IMG/VR virus record: IMGVR_UViG_3300037108_000012
Span: 8,888-72,887 of that record
From: a virus
Length of the DNA: 64,000 nt
Direction: 5' to 3' (one strand)
Positions 37,881 through 46,897 of this stretch are shown piece by piece (within the stretch, counting starts at the first letter, position 1; the number at the start of each line of letters is the position of its first letter). The notes under the pieces were generated by a model, which worked only from the letters and a program-made list of their open reading frames with translations, had not been told where the DNA came from and did no database searches. Made by a program: the position numbers and the translations under genes.

Positions 37881-40800
37881 ATGAAAAAGATTATCGCGCT
37901 AGGATTTTTATTTGTCGCGTCTTTGGCTTATAGCCAGACAGCGGTTCTACCTGTCTACGATTGCGTCCAGAATGGGGTTCAAGCAGTTACTAGCGGGTTG
38001 AAGTCTAGCAACTACCAGCTTGGAGTAGTGCCATATTGCCAGGTTACCGTGTTTCTAACAGGAACGACCACGATAGCAACGACGAATCCTCAAACTCCAT
38101 TACAAGCAAAATCTGATGGTTCTATTCCTCCGATCTATGCAACTACGGGAGTTGGATATGATGTAAAGTTTAGTGGAGGAATATATCCAAATGTTTATAC
38201 GACGCCTGTCACGTTGACAGATGTACAGGTTGGGGGAAGTGGTCTTACTGCCCCAGTGCTCATTTCCCAAGGCGGCACGGGTCAGACCACGCTGCCAGCG
38301 GCGCAAGCGGCTCTCGGCATCATTGGGCCGACTTACAATGTGATGGACCCGAAATACGGAGCGTGCGGCAACTGGAATGGCTCGACCGGCTGCGATGATA
38401 CCGCAGCAATCCAAGCGGCTTTTAATGATTGCTATAATAATGCAAACTCTCCACAAGGCGGCATAGTCGAGTTCCCTGGCCAGCATAATTACAAAATAAC
38501 TTCGACCATCAATGGACTAGACGGATGCCGCATTGAAGGGACCATTGGCAATATAAACGGCGGTTATGGTCCTCCTGAAATCGTTGAAGTGTTTCCATCG
38601 CAAGGTGTGACTGCCACGGTTACTGGTTTTACCGTCACCCGAAACTGCACCACGGGCGGCTCCGGTTGCACATACACGGCAGCTTTCCCGTCTGATCGGG
38701 GAGGCATTGGAGTTCAGAACAGACTCGCTCCGTATGTGGTTTCTTTCACCGGAACAAACTCATACACGGCAAATCAGTGGGTGGAAATAAGTGGTTGCTC
38801 GACAGCGGGAGGACTCGGCCTGAATAGATCGGTGTTGCAAGTCGCCTCCTCTACGGGTACGGGTTTTGTGGCAGTCGCTCCCGAATCTGGAATATCGCTT
38901 GGAACTTTCGCTGATAACTGCACAGTCACTTCGCGCAACGTGGTGCTTGCATTTGACGGGAGTGCCCGGTATGAGCAAGAAGTAAAAGACATTGAAGTCG
39001 CAACCTACGATGCGAATACCATTGGAATCCTCTTTGGTAGCCGCGTTGATACAGGGACACGAGTTTATAACACATGGGTTGCCGGAACATCGGAATACAG
39101 TTATTATTTCGCACAGGGAGGAATCAACGTAGATTTTGACAAAGGGTGGCGTGCGGATAGAGCGCAACAAGGAGGGATTTACTGGCGTATTGGTGGCGGC
39201 GACGATTTATCTCTGCTCAATGGAACGGAGGATAATACAAGTACAGCATCCGCATCGGGGCCAATGATTGTTTTGGACGGGGAAGCCAGTTGTGGACTTA
39301 TGCTTTTGCATGTGGAAAACGTCAAAATGGAGATCAATACCTCAATTCAACCAGGCGAGGGTGTTGTTACCATGTATGATTGCCCTCTTGGTGCTAATTA
39401 TCCGCAATTTCGCATCAGTTTTGATGAGGTGTTTCTTGCTCCATCCACAACGTCCACGGCAGGTTTTAACTTCACAACTCTGTCGATGATTCCTGCCAGT
39501 GGGAATAGTCTGAAGTTTACTGCTATAAATACCGATTTGCAGTCTGGTACGGGGGCCAACACGACACAGCCGTTCATCGGAATTCCGGAATTAACAGCGC
39601 ACTCAATTGCAGGGAGTCATGGAAACACCCCTCTGCTGGCATACGGGAACTCGAATATATCGAGTGGTCAGTCCGTAATGGACGCTGCACCAAACGAATT
39701 ATTCGGTGACACGAACATAGATCAGTTATGGCAATATGGCATCAATGCCTCTGATTTTCTGTACACTGACACAGCATTTACAGCATTGGCAACAGGCACC
39801 ACTTTGTATAAGGGGCAGATTATTGCACCACCCACATACTGGGATGTGGCGTCTCCTACGCGCTATGCGTTACAAGTGGTTAAAGCCACAGGTACGACAG
39901 GCACCCCAAACAGCGGGTCTACAACCTGCTCCGCTCCAGGGTCAACAAATGTGCTGACATGCACAAGCGCTACAGACCTTACAGTGGGGCAGGTGCTTTC
40001 AGCCGGGACCTGCGGGAGCAGAACGATTAACCTGATAGATGCAACCAATCCAAGCTCGGTGAATATCTATGGTGCAGGCAACTGGAATGCCTGCACTGGG
40101 CAAACCCTTGGATTTTTAGCGCCTACATTGGGTCCAGAGATACAACTGCTCACCAAGAGGTCAGCAGCGCCTACGACCGGCACATGGGTGGCAGGGGATG
40201 AGGTGCAGAACGACGGCAGTATCACAAACGTATCTACGACGAGTGGCTGGCAATGCACGGTCAGTGGAACCCCTGGCACATGGATTGCGCAAGCGGCGGG
40301 TGGCGTGTCCTCAATTACAGCCGCAGATGGCACGATGACCGTCACGCCTACGACGGGACCGGCCACTGTAGCTGTAAACCTGGCGGGCGCATTTACGTGG
40401 ACTGGCAGTCAGGTATTGGGTAACACGAGCAGCCTGCTCATTGGTTCAGGCGCATCAGTCATCTCTAATGCTAATTTTGTGCTTCGTCCCTACACCCCAG
40501 CAATCAGCGGCACAAACGTTAACGGGCCGAACTTGTCTTTTATCGCAGCCGGATACCCGACAGGCGGACCGAGTGCTTTTGCATCGATCAACTGCTCCGC
40601 AGTGATAACAAACACGGTGCAGACCCCAATTACCACGCTAAAATGTACAGGAACCAATAGCGGGAGTTTGGCTTCAACATTCGGCGCTGACTTTAGTTTA
40701 TTGACAGCGGGATTCGTTGTACCAAGCACGTTCTCTATGAGCGGGTGCGGTGCTAGCCAGTACGTGAAGGGGGATGGGACAGGATGCGGAACACCTAGTG

Positions 40801-41699
40801 GGGCCGGTACTGTGATTACGAGCGGCTCCCCGGCCAGCGGGAACATCGCAGTGTTCTCCAGCAGCACGGCGATTACCGCAGCCACGGCGGCGCAAGTGGG
40901 AGCGCTGCTCAATTTGACCCAGTACGGCATTGTCTACAGCACGGGGTCGAGCGGCGCTCCGGGAACCATTCTGCCTAGCTCGTGGACAACAGGACACACG
41001 TTCGTCCCTGCATGGCAGCCGAGCGGGTCCGCGCTGGCTCCGGTAGTCGTGGATATGACATACGCGGCGGCGCTCTCGTACACGCCAGCGAATCAGTCCA
41101 CCACGATCAATGGTCACCCGCTGAGCAGCAATGTGACGGTGAGCGCATCGGACCTTACTACTGGCACGCTACCGCACGCGCAGTTGCCCACATTGCTCAG
41201 TGGAGACATTCCCAACAATGCAGCGAACACGAGCGGCACAGCGGCGAATCTGAGTGGCACCCCAGCGCTTCCGAATGGCGTTACAGCCACAACGCAGAGC
41301 GCTGGCGATAACAGCACGAAGCTGGCGACTACGGCCTATATCGATGGGACGTTTGGAGCAGGCCACAGACCATGGGCGTGCGATACCGGCGTCGGCGACG
41401 GATTAAATGCGATCACGGCAGGAACCTATCTTCAGACCATGTGCCAAAACACAACTGGCGTTTCAGTGACGCTGACGGGACTCAGTTGCTACATCGACAG
41501 CGGCTCTAGTTCCACCATGAATGCGGCAGGCAACACGTTGGGAGCGCTGTTGACAGGTGCGGTGACGTGCAGCACGTCGTTTTCGGCGGGAACACAAAGT
41601 GCAAACGTGACGCTCACGAACGGCGACTACATCAAATTCACCTTTGTGGCAGATGGCACAGCCAAACAGACAACCTGGGTTGTGAAAGGAACTTACTAA
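37881..41699 (+). CDS. tailspike/depolymerase-like protein (beta-helix) with Sec signal peptide
   Basis: MKKIIALGFLFVASLAYS-Q; YNV...YGA...DDTAAIQAA pectate-lyase-like start; GWQCTVSGTPGTW; AGDNSTKLATTAY fibre repeat. Confidence 0.75.
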   Translation: MKKIIALGFLFVASLAYSQTAVLPVYDCVQNGVQAVTSGLKSSNYQLGVVPYCQVTVFLTGTTTIATTNPQTPLQAKSDGSIPPIYATTGVGYDVKFSGGIYPNVYTTPVTLTDVQVGGSGLTAPVLISQGGTGQTTLPAAQAALGIIGPTYNVMDPKYGACGNWNGSTGCDDTAAIQAAFNDCYNNANSPQGGIVEFPGQHNYKITSTINGLDGCRIEGTIGNINGGYGPPEIVEVFPSQGVTATVTGFTVTRNCTTGGSGCTYTAAFPSDRGGIGVQNRLAPYVVSFTGTNSYTANQWVEISGCSTAGGLGLNRSVLQVASSTGTGFVAVAPESGISLGTFADNCTVTSRNVVLAFDGSARYEQEVKDIEVATYDANTIGILFGSRVDTGTRVYNTWVAGTSEYSYYFAQGGINVDFDKGWRADRAQQGGIYWRIGGGDDLSLLNGTEDNTSTASASGPMIVLDGEASCGLMLLHVENVKMEINTSIQPGEGVVTMYDCPLGANYPQFRISFDEVFLAPSTTSTAGFNFTTLSMIPASGNSLKFTAINTDLQSGTGANTTQPFIGIPELTAHSIAGSHGNTPLLAYGNSNISSGQSVMDAAPNELFGDTNIDQLWQYGINASDFLYTDTAFTALATGTTLYKGQIIAPPTYWDVASPTRYALQVVKATGTTGTPNSGSTTCSAPGSTNVLTCTSATDLTVGQVLSAGTCGSRTINLIDATNPSSVNIYGAGNWNACTGQTLGFLAPTLGPEIQLLTKRSAAPTTGTWVAGDEVQNDGSITNVSTTSGWQCTVSGTPGTWIAQAAGGVSSITAADGTMTVTPTTGPATVAVNLAGAFTWTGSQVLGNTSSLLIGSGASVISNANFVLRPYTPAISGTNVNGPNLSFIAAGYPTGGPSAFASINCSAVITNTVQTPITTLKCTGTNSGSLASTFGADFSLLTAGFVVPSTFSMSGCGASQYVKGDGTGCGTPSGAGTVITSGSPASGNIAVFSSSTAITAATAAQVGALLNLTQYGIVYSTGSSGAPGTILPSSWTTGHTFVPAWQPSGSALAPVVVDMTYAAALSYTPANQSTTINGHPLSSNVTVSASDLTTGTLPHAQLPTLLSGDIPNNAANTSGTAANLSGTPALPNGVTATTQSAGDNSTKLATTAYIDGTFGAGHRPWACDTGVGDGLNAITAGTYLQTMCQNTTGVSVTLTGLSCYIDSGSSSTMNAAGNTLGALLTGAVTCSTSFSAGTQSANVTLTNGDYIKFTFVADGTAKQTTWVVKGTY

Positions 41700-42487
41700 T
41701 GAAAAAGCTAACATCTATCCTTCTTCTTTGGATGCTGCTCTTCGTGCAGCAGGCTGCGTTCGGTCAGCAGATTATTTCCGGGCGGCATCGGAAGATATTT
41801 ACGGCCACCGGCAGCCCAACTTACGTCGGCTACACCTACTGCCCCAGAACATATAGCGGCTCAACGGCCACGTCCACGGCTACCTGTGGTGGCGGAGGTA
41901 CTTTGACTGTTGCTGTTGGGGATGTAATTGTAATGGAGTGCGGAACTGACACTTATAGTGTAGGGCAGTCGGTTGTAAACCTATCGGACAGCAACGCCAA
42001 TAGCTACACACTAGGAGGAGATACCAGCAGCGCGTCTTATTACAGGGAATATAGCCGAGGCGGGTGGGCGGTTGCTTCTACGGCAGGAGCTACAAACTTT
42101 ATTTGTACGATGACCAATGCGACAGGCGATGTCAACTTTGCGGTGGTTGTTTACAGAGGGCTTCTTGGCACCGTCGATACATCTTTGGCCAGCAATCTTT
42201 ACCCTAATTCAGGGTCATTCTTGACATCATCTTTTACCACGACGGTCAAAGACCTTGTAATAGTTTGCGCTTCTTCGGGAGATGCAAACGCAGGTGGTAT
42301 CTGGATGGCAGGACTCATACAAGGGTCAACTGGTTCCGTTGTAGGCGTAAGTGGAGCAACACTAAGTACTAGCTCATTAACAGGATGCGAGGCCCGACTG
42401 AATAGTAGTTTTGGCAGCGGCACAGCAGCAATGACATACGGAGGGCGTGGAGATTATGGGTACCAAGTACTCGCCTTCAAGTATTAG
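41699..42487 (+). CDS. exported beta-rich protein, putative fibre accessory
   Basis: MKKLTSILLLWMLLFVQQAAFG-Q; GDVIV and SDSNANSYT motifs. Confidence 0.65.
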   Translation: MKKLTSILLLWMLLFVQQAAFGQQIISGRHRKIFTATGSPTYVGYTYCPRTYSGSTATSTATCGGGGTLTVAVGDVIVMECGTDTYSVGQSVVNLSDSNANSYTLGGDTSSASYYREYSRGGWAVASTAGATNFICTMTNATGDVNFAVVVYRGLLGTVDTSLASNLYPNSGSFLTSSFTTTVKDLVIVCASSGDANAGGIWMAGLIQGSTGSVVGVSGATLSTSSLTGCEARLNSSFGSGTAAMTYGGRGDYGYQVLAFKY

Positions 42488-42711
42488 TTGACAGCGGGGC
42501 AAATTACAACGGCTTGCGGAACAGCGCTATAGGGCAAGCAGAGCATGGACGTGGGATGGGATATTCACACAGAGTGTCCCAACGCTCGGAACCACGGTAG
42601 TATTGGCAGGAACAAACTTTGCCGCTGTTGGCGGCGTTTCTGTGCAGATGTTTGTGATTAAGTAGCACCCGTTAGAGTCCAGTTGGAGATTTTCAGGAAT
42701 GGGGTAAGCGA

Positions 42712-42993
42712 ATGTCGGAAACGACGATAGCGGAATTGGCAAAAGAGGCGCGCGAAGACGACCGGGCATGGAAGCGTCAGATCGAAGGGACAATCGAGGG
42801 CGTGCGCAACACCATCAATGAACACGGTCAGACACTTGCGGAAATCAAAGCCAATACATCACCGTTGCCAGATTTACACCGTCGCCTCCGAGACACCGAA
42901 AGCTCCACGAGTAATTTGTGGACAGTGCTCAGAGTCACATGGGCTGTGATTGTGGCTCTTGTCGGCGCAACATGGCTTTGGACCAAGCATTAA
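42712..42993 (+). CDS. coiled-coil protein with C-terminal TM helix (XhlA/holin-like)
   Basis: C-terminal hydrophobic helix, lysis region. Confidence 0.6.
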   Translation: MSETTIAELAKEAREDDRAWKRQIEGTIEGVRNTINEHGQTLAEIKANTSPLPDLHRRLRDTESSTSNLWTVLRVTWAVIVALVGATWLWTKH

Positions 42994-43005
42994 AGGAGAC
43001 CCACT

Positions 43006-43284
43006 GTGACCGTAACCGTGACCGTGATGGAACCAGCTTGCAAGGCGGATGCAGTTGAGGCCCAACGCGCCTCCAGAATCATCAACGGACTCTACAACGC
43101 CTGCCACATCAAAGCCATGCGTGCCATCCTGAAAGAGATTGGTAGACCTGCCTGGATATGGGCCAGCCGGAACCAGTTATTCGCGGCAATCATCACCGCG
43201 CGGCAGGACGCTTCCATGTTGAACCCGAAGCGCGACGCGGAGCTGGCAGAAAACCTGAAAAAGGCTATTGACAGATGGGTGTGA
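43006..43284 (+). CDS. hypothetical protein
   Basis: AAGGAG RBS, 92 aa. Confidence 0.55.
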   Translation: MTVTVTVMEPACKADAVEAQRASRIINGLYNACHIKAMRAILKEIGRPAWIWASRNQLFAAIITARQDASMLNPKRDAELAENLKKAIDRWV

Positions 43285-43297
43285 TTGTGCTTACAAT
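43268..43297 (+). promoter_or_regulatory. sigma70-like promoter
   Basis: TTGACA-18-TACAAT, ending 7 nt before an ATG (leaderless). Confidence 0.65.
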
Positions 43298-43304
43298 TGC
43301 ATAC

Positions 43305-43439
43305 ATGGCTGACGATTGCATGGTGCGAGTGCCCCGGCACCTGTTCGAGGAGATCAGGCGATTGGCCCACCCTGCGACAGCGGCGGCGTATTTGCGCCAT
43401 GTGATCGAGCAGCATATCGAGCAAGCACGGAAGAAGTGA
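43305..43439 (+). CDS. 44-aa ribbon-helix-helix-like regulator (not in ORF track)
   Basis: MADDCMVRVPRHLFEEIRRLAHPATAAAYLRHVIEQHIEQARKK. Confidence 0.6.
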   Translation: MADDCMVRVPRHLFEEIRRLAHPATAAAYLRHVIEQHIEQARKK

Positions 43440-43444
43440 GACGG

Positions 43445-43545
43445 TCACGCAAGACGGGCAAACTTTCCATAGTGCGCAGTTGCCGCTTCGCAGTAGAGTT
43501 TGTAGGCTTCAACAGCGGTGGAACGATGGCCCAAACGAAAACTTT
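43445..43545 (-). pseudogene. AP2-domain C-terminal remnant of an HNH-AP2 gene
   Basis: RLGHRSTAVEAYKLYCEAATAHYGKFA resembles SLGTFSSELEAHLRYCEKAKELFGEFA of 45509. Confidence 0.6.
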
Positions 43546-43578
43546 GTCGCCCCCCACGCGGGGGGCGTGGATTGAAAC
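43546..43578 (+). CRISPR. solitary type I-C-like CRISPR repeat (not an array)
   Basis: GTCGCCCCCCACGCGGGGGGCGTGGATTGAAAC, 8-bp hairpin and ATTGAAAC end. Confidence 0.85.
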
Positions 43579-43830
43579 AATCATCGGCAGGGCGGTGAAA
43601 GGCCGTCTGACAGCATGGAAAGACAGCAACTTGCGCGGGAGCGCCCGGACTCCGAACAGGACATCGGGATCGGAACTCACCAAATGCGGCCCGCGCAAAG
43701 AGATTGAGTCGCTGGCGTGGATGTGCTTGCAGGCTGCGGCGAAAGCCGGATACCGACCACGACGGTAGCCTGGAAATTAAGCGGCGGTGAGCAGCGATGC
43801 AAGCCGCCGCAAAGCAAAGGAGCAAGCATC

Positions 43831-44052
43831 ATGAAGAACTGGAAAACAACTACGGCGGGGCTGCTAGTGGCATTAGCATACGGCCTGCAAAACTATAACG
43901 GAGCAAACACTTGGCAGGGATATGCTGTATGTTTCTTCCTTGCTGCCGGTGGATTCTTCTCCAAGGATTACAACACGCATTCAACGGAGGCCCAAGTGCA
44001 AACGGCCACGGATGATGCCAAGGTTGCCACGCTGGCTGCTGTCAACAAGTGA
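43831..44052 (+). CDS. holin-like membrane protein
   Basis: MKNWKTT..G, two hydrophobic segments, ..SKD motif. Confidence 0.65.
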   Translation: MKNWKTTTAGLLVALAYGLQNYNGANTWQGYAVCFFLAAGGFFSKDYNTHSTEAQVQTATDDAKVATLAAVNK

Positions 44053-44059
44053 GGCCGCA

Positions 44060-44437
44060 ATGACCAGTACATCATCGTGCATTATCATCTACCCATGCAC
44101 CGCAGCATTAGGGATGCTTGCCCTTCTTAATGCTGGCTTCAAGCAACGGGGCAAGCAGTGAGGCCGCGATGAGACATATTCTCTCTATGGTCCTACAATT
44201 GCTTTGCTTTGCGACTATCATGGGGCTTTGTGGGTTTTCGCTATGGCGCGATTTTTTGCGTTTCCGCAATATGTGGCGTGAAATTAAGGAATACCGAGAT
44301 TCGGACCAGTAACCAGAAGCAAAGGAAGTGAGGCCGAGATGAATCGCAAATCAGTCTACCTGCTTGTCGGCATCACGTATTGGCTCTGCGTCATTGTCGC
44401 ATTTGCGAAGATGATGCAGGGTATCGGAAACCAGTAA
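44060..44437 (+). other. array of three small single-TM ORFs (44060-44161, 44169-44312, 44339-44437)
   Basis: each preceded by AGTGAGGCCG(nn)ATG; each has one hydrophobic helix. Confidence 0.55.
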
Positions 44438-44463
44438 CGCAGCACAACCCGCAAAGGAGACCT

Positions 44464-44976
44464 ATGAAGCGAATCTCTGTATTTACCATCATCATGCTGG
44501 CAGCTTTCGCTATGCACGCGCAGACCACCACCCCATCATTATCCGCGACTACTGACGCCGTGGGCATCCACGAAGCGGGCGCGTGGGCCGCTGCCACGCA
44601 TATTACTGAGTCGCTGGACTTGGTTGATTTCGGCGCGAAGAAGACGAACCATTTCTATGTCGATGGTCATGAGATTTTGGCCGAAGCGTCCAACTTCACG
44701 CTCTATACTGGGGGAGGTTCCATTCAACCGGACTTGAGCGCCTTATGGAAAAAGACAAACATTTCCTCAGACAACATCAGCATTTTGTTTTCCGTTTCTG
44801 CCGGCGACAAGATTCCGACCGGGATAGGATCGGCTCACATTGCTGGTTTGTTCAGCGGGTCTTTCCGCTATCGAGCATCCAGCACTTTGACGTGGAACAC
44901 GCTGCAAGCCGGGGCGATCCTGAGCGCTGGCAAGGTAAGCCCGTTCGTTTCCACGGGCCTCGTCAAGTATTTTTAG
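44464..44976 (+). CDS. exported protein, putative outer-membrane beta-barrel
   Basis: MKRISVFTIIMLAAFAMHA-Q; alternating beta pattern; C-terminal YF. Confidence 0.6.
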   Translation: MKRISVFTIIMLAAFAMHAQTTTPSLSATTDAVGIHEAGAWAAATHITESLDLVDFGAKKTNHFYVDGHEILAEASNFTLYTGGGSIQPDLSALWKKTNISSDNISILFSVSAGDKIPTGIGSAHIAGLFSGSFRYRASSTLTWNTLQAGAILSAGKVSPFVSTGLVKYF

Positions 44977-44984
44977 GAGGCACC

Positions 44985-45212
44985 ATGGCAATTCTCACAG
45001 AACTGGCTGGTTTGGTCACTGATGCCCGCGCTCTTGTTCAGGCGTGGACGCTAGTGGCTCCCAGCGTCAAAGCGGCTGCGGACGCGGCAACGACCGACAT
45101 AATCAAACTCGGCACGACCGAAGACACTATCACTGCGGAGATTCCTCAAGCCCAGGCCAGCGTGCAAGAGGTTGCGGACGCGGCGAAGAACTTCAAAATC
45201 AAGGTGCTTTGA
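44985..45212 (+). CDS. hypothetical Ala-rich protein
   Basis: AGGAGG RBS. Confidence 0.6.
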   Translation: MAILTELAGLVTDARALVQAWTLVAPSVKAAADAATTDIIKLGTTEDTITAEIPQAQASVQEVADAAKNFKIKVL

Positions 45213-45372
45213 TGGCACCCACAGAGGTCCCAAGATGAAGTGGTGGCAGCGTATAGGATGGCTGATTACCTGGCCAATCGGCAAGCTGACAGGAATCAGC
45301 AGGATCAACAAACCATAGGGGCTGCTGCATGAGGCATGGGGCCCGGCCCCGAATAAGTTGCGCGGTTGATAT

Positions 45373-45457
45373 GGTGGGTTGCCAGAGAGGTTTAATGGCG
45401 TGACGTGCAAAGGTTAAATCCTGTCACGATTCGTTGGTCCGAATCCAACACCCACCA
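45373..45457 (+). tRNA. tRNA-Cys(GCA)-like with an 11-nt anticodon-loop insertion
   Basis: acceptor GGTGGGT/ACCCACC, D arm CCA/TGG, anticodon stem GTGAC/GTCAC, T arm GTTGG-TCCGAAT-CCAAC. Confidence 0.7.
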
Positions 45458-45476
45458 GAGAACCGCGCATTTTCAC

Positions 45477-45508
45477 AGCCGCCTGTTCTCATGTGCAGGC
45501 GGCTTTTG
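45477..45508 (+). terminator. intrinsic terminator
   Basis: agccgcctg...caggcggct followed by a T run. Confidence 0.7.
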
Positions 45509-45979
45509 TTATTCAAAACAAGCAAATTCTCCAAACAACTCTTTGGCCTTCTCGCAATATCTGAGATGAGCCTCTAGCTCAGAAGAGAAAGTTCCGAGAC
45601 TGATTGCTTTACCATTATGAAAAATGGTTGACCAATATCTTTTACCTTGCCTGTATGCCCCTTTTAGTGATCCGTCGTTTCTCTTTCCTTTAGAGTTTCT
45701 GTTATTTTGTGATACTGTTGCAATACGAAGATTAAATCTCCTATTATCTAAGGTATTATGATTTATATGATCCCCTTTGAGGGGAGAATCTTTTTCTATC
45801 CCAAGGATTATTCTGTGCATACGAATAGATGGACTATACCCTCCGTTTCTTTTATCGTTTCTCACGGCATAAAATAAGCCCCTTCTTGAATGCGCGTACC
45901 ATTTCCACTGCATCAGCCAATCGTAATCAGCGGCATCAACAATGGCAACCTTTATAACAAGGAGATGAGATGAATTCAA
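45509..45979 (-). CDS. HNH-AP2 homing endonuclease (5' end possibly truncated)
   Basis: AIVD..DY, MHRIIL, DHINHNTLDNRRFNLR, AP2 C-terminus. Confidence 0.82.
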   Translation of the reverse strand: MNSSHLLVIKVAIVDAADYDWLMQWKWYAHSRRGLFYAVRNDKRNGGYSPSIRMHRIILGIEKDSPLKGDHINHNTLDNRRFNLRIATVSQNNRNSKGKRNDGSLKGAYRQGKRYWSTIFHNGKAISLGTFSSELEAHLRYCEKAKELFGEFACFE

Positions 45980-46401
45980 GCCAAAACTGCCGGAATCAGA
46001 TAATGCAATGGGAAGGCACCAAATTGTCTATCTATTCAGATGCAAATGGTTTTCCAACAGTGGGGATAGGCCACAAACTCACGCCCGCAGAGATTGCCAC
46101 GCACGCCTATGCGAATGGCATCACAACCGGGCAGGCTGTGATTCTCTTCGACGATGACATTGCGAGCTTCGATGCGCAGATCAATTCGCTCTTCGACGAT
46201 AGACATTTGACGCAGGGGCAGTTCGATGCTCTTGTAAGTTTCTGCTACAACAATGGGTTTGGGCGACTGCGCACGATGCTCTCGCATGGGCTGGCGAATG
46301 TGCCGAACGAGTTGCCGCGTTGGGTGTACGCCGGGACGGTAAAGCTCCCCGGCCTGGTCACGCGGCGTGCGCAAGAGGTTGCGTGGTGGAATCAGAAGTA
46401 A
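45970..46401 (+). CDS. endolysin, GH24 lysozyme
   Basis: EG...Y.D..G.PTVGIGH, QFDALVSF.YN.G, GLVTRRAQE. Confidence 0.93.
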   Translation: MNSSQNCRNQIMQWEGTKLSIYSDANGFPTVGIGHKLTPAEIATHAYANGITTGQAVILFDDDIASFDAQINSLFDDRHLTQGQFDALVSFCYNNGFGRLRTMLSHGLANVPNELPRWVYAGTVKLPGLVTRRAQEVAWWNQK

Positions 46402-46536
46402 AATCCAAAAAAGAGACATGGTGTAGCGCCATAGCAGCGGAATAAAAACTTGCATTTTGATTGAAAGTTTGTGTTAAACTGATTCCATCGGGAGAGGAGA
46501 GCGCGGGCTTGTCTCTATTTTTGTTTGGAGGTTGAG

Positions 46537-46737
46537 ATGCCATCAAGCGTTGTTATGGAAGAATTTCGGGAAGGAAAACTTCACTCTGGAAAGAAAGTGA
46601 AGGGGAAGAAACGTAAGTTAGTTCATAATAAAAAGCAAGCTAAGGCTATTCTTCTCTCGTATCTCCGTAAAGAGGGGAAAATAGTACCGCGCAAAGGAAA
46701 TAACACAAATCAAAAGAAACGTGTGGCTGGAAAATGA
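46537..46737 (+). CDS. basic mini-protein (DUF6496-like) ending KRVAGK
   Basis: VMEEFREGKLHSG...KQAKAILLS. Confidence 0.75.
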   Translation: MPSSVVMEEFREGKLHSGKKVKGKKRKLVHNKKQAKAILLSYLRKEGKIVPRKGNNTNQKKRVAGK

Positions 46738-46895
46738 GTGAAATCGAATCATGCACACTTGAGAGCGTAGGAAAAGGACGCAAGAGGGTTGCGGGGAAAA
46801 TGAAGACGAGAATGCCTTACGCGAAAAAAGGAAGTAAATTTGAGTTTGCAAAGAAAAGCGGAAAAGGTAAGCGTTTTTCTACGAAGAAAGGTTAA
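46734..46895 (+). CDS. 53-aa basic mini-protein containing KRVAGK (not in ORF track)
   Basis: ATGA-coupled; MSEIESCTLESVGKGRKRVAGKMK...STKKG. Confidence 0.6.
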   Translation: MSEIESCTLESVGKGRKRVAGKMKTRMPYAKKGSKFEFAKKSGKGKRFSTKKG

Positions 46896-46897
46896 AG

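Noticed and set aside
37264-42423. Minus-strand ORFs within the fibre genes
   Set aside because: They are antisense shadows of Thr/Gly/Ala-rich coding sequence
43316-43825. ORFs 43316+, 43354- and the full 43445- as real genes
   Set aside because: They run through the CRISPR repeat and GC-rich hairpins; only the AP2-like tail looks protein-like
43546-43830. Full CRISPR array or cas locus
   Set aside because: Only one intact repeat is present and no cas operon is in the window
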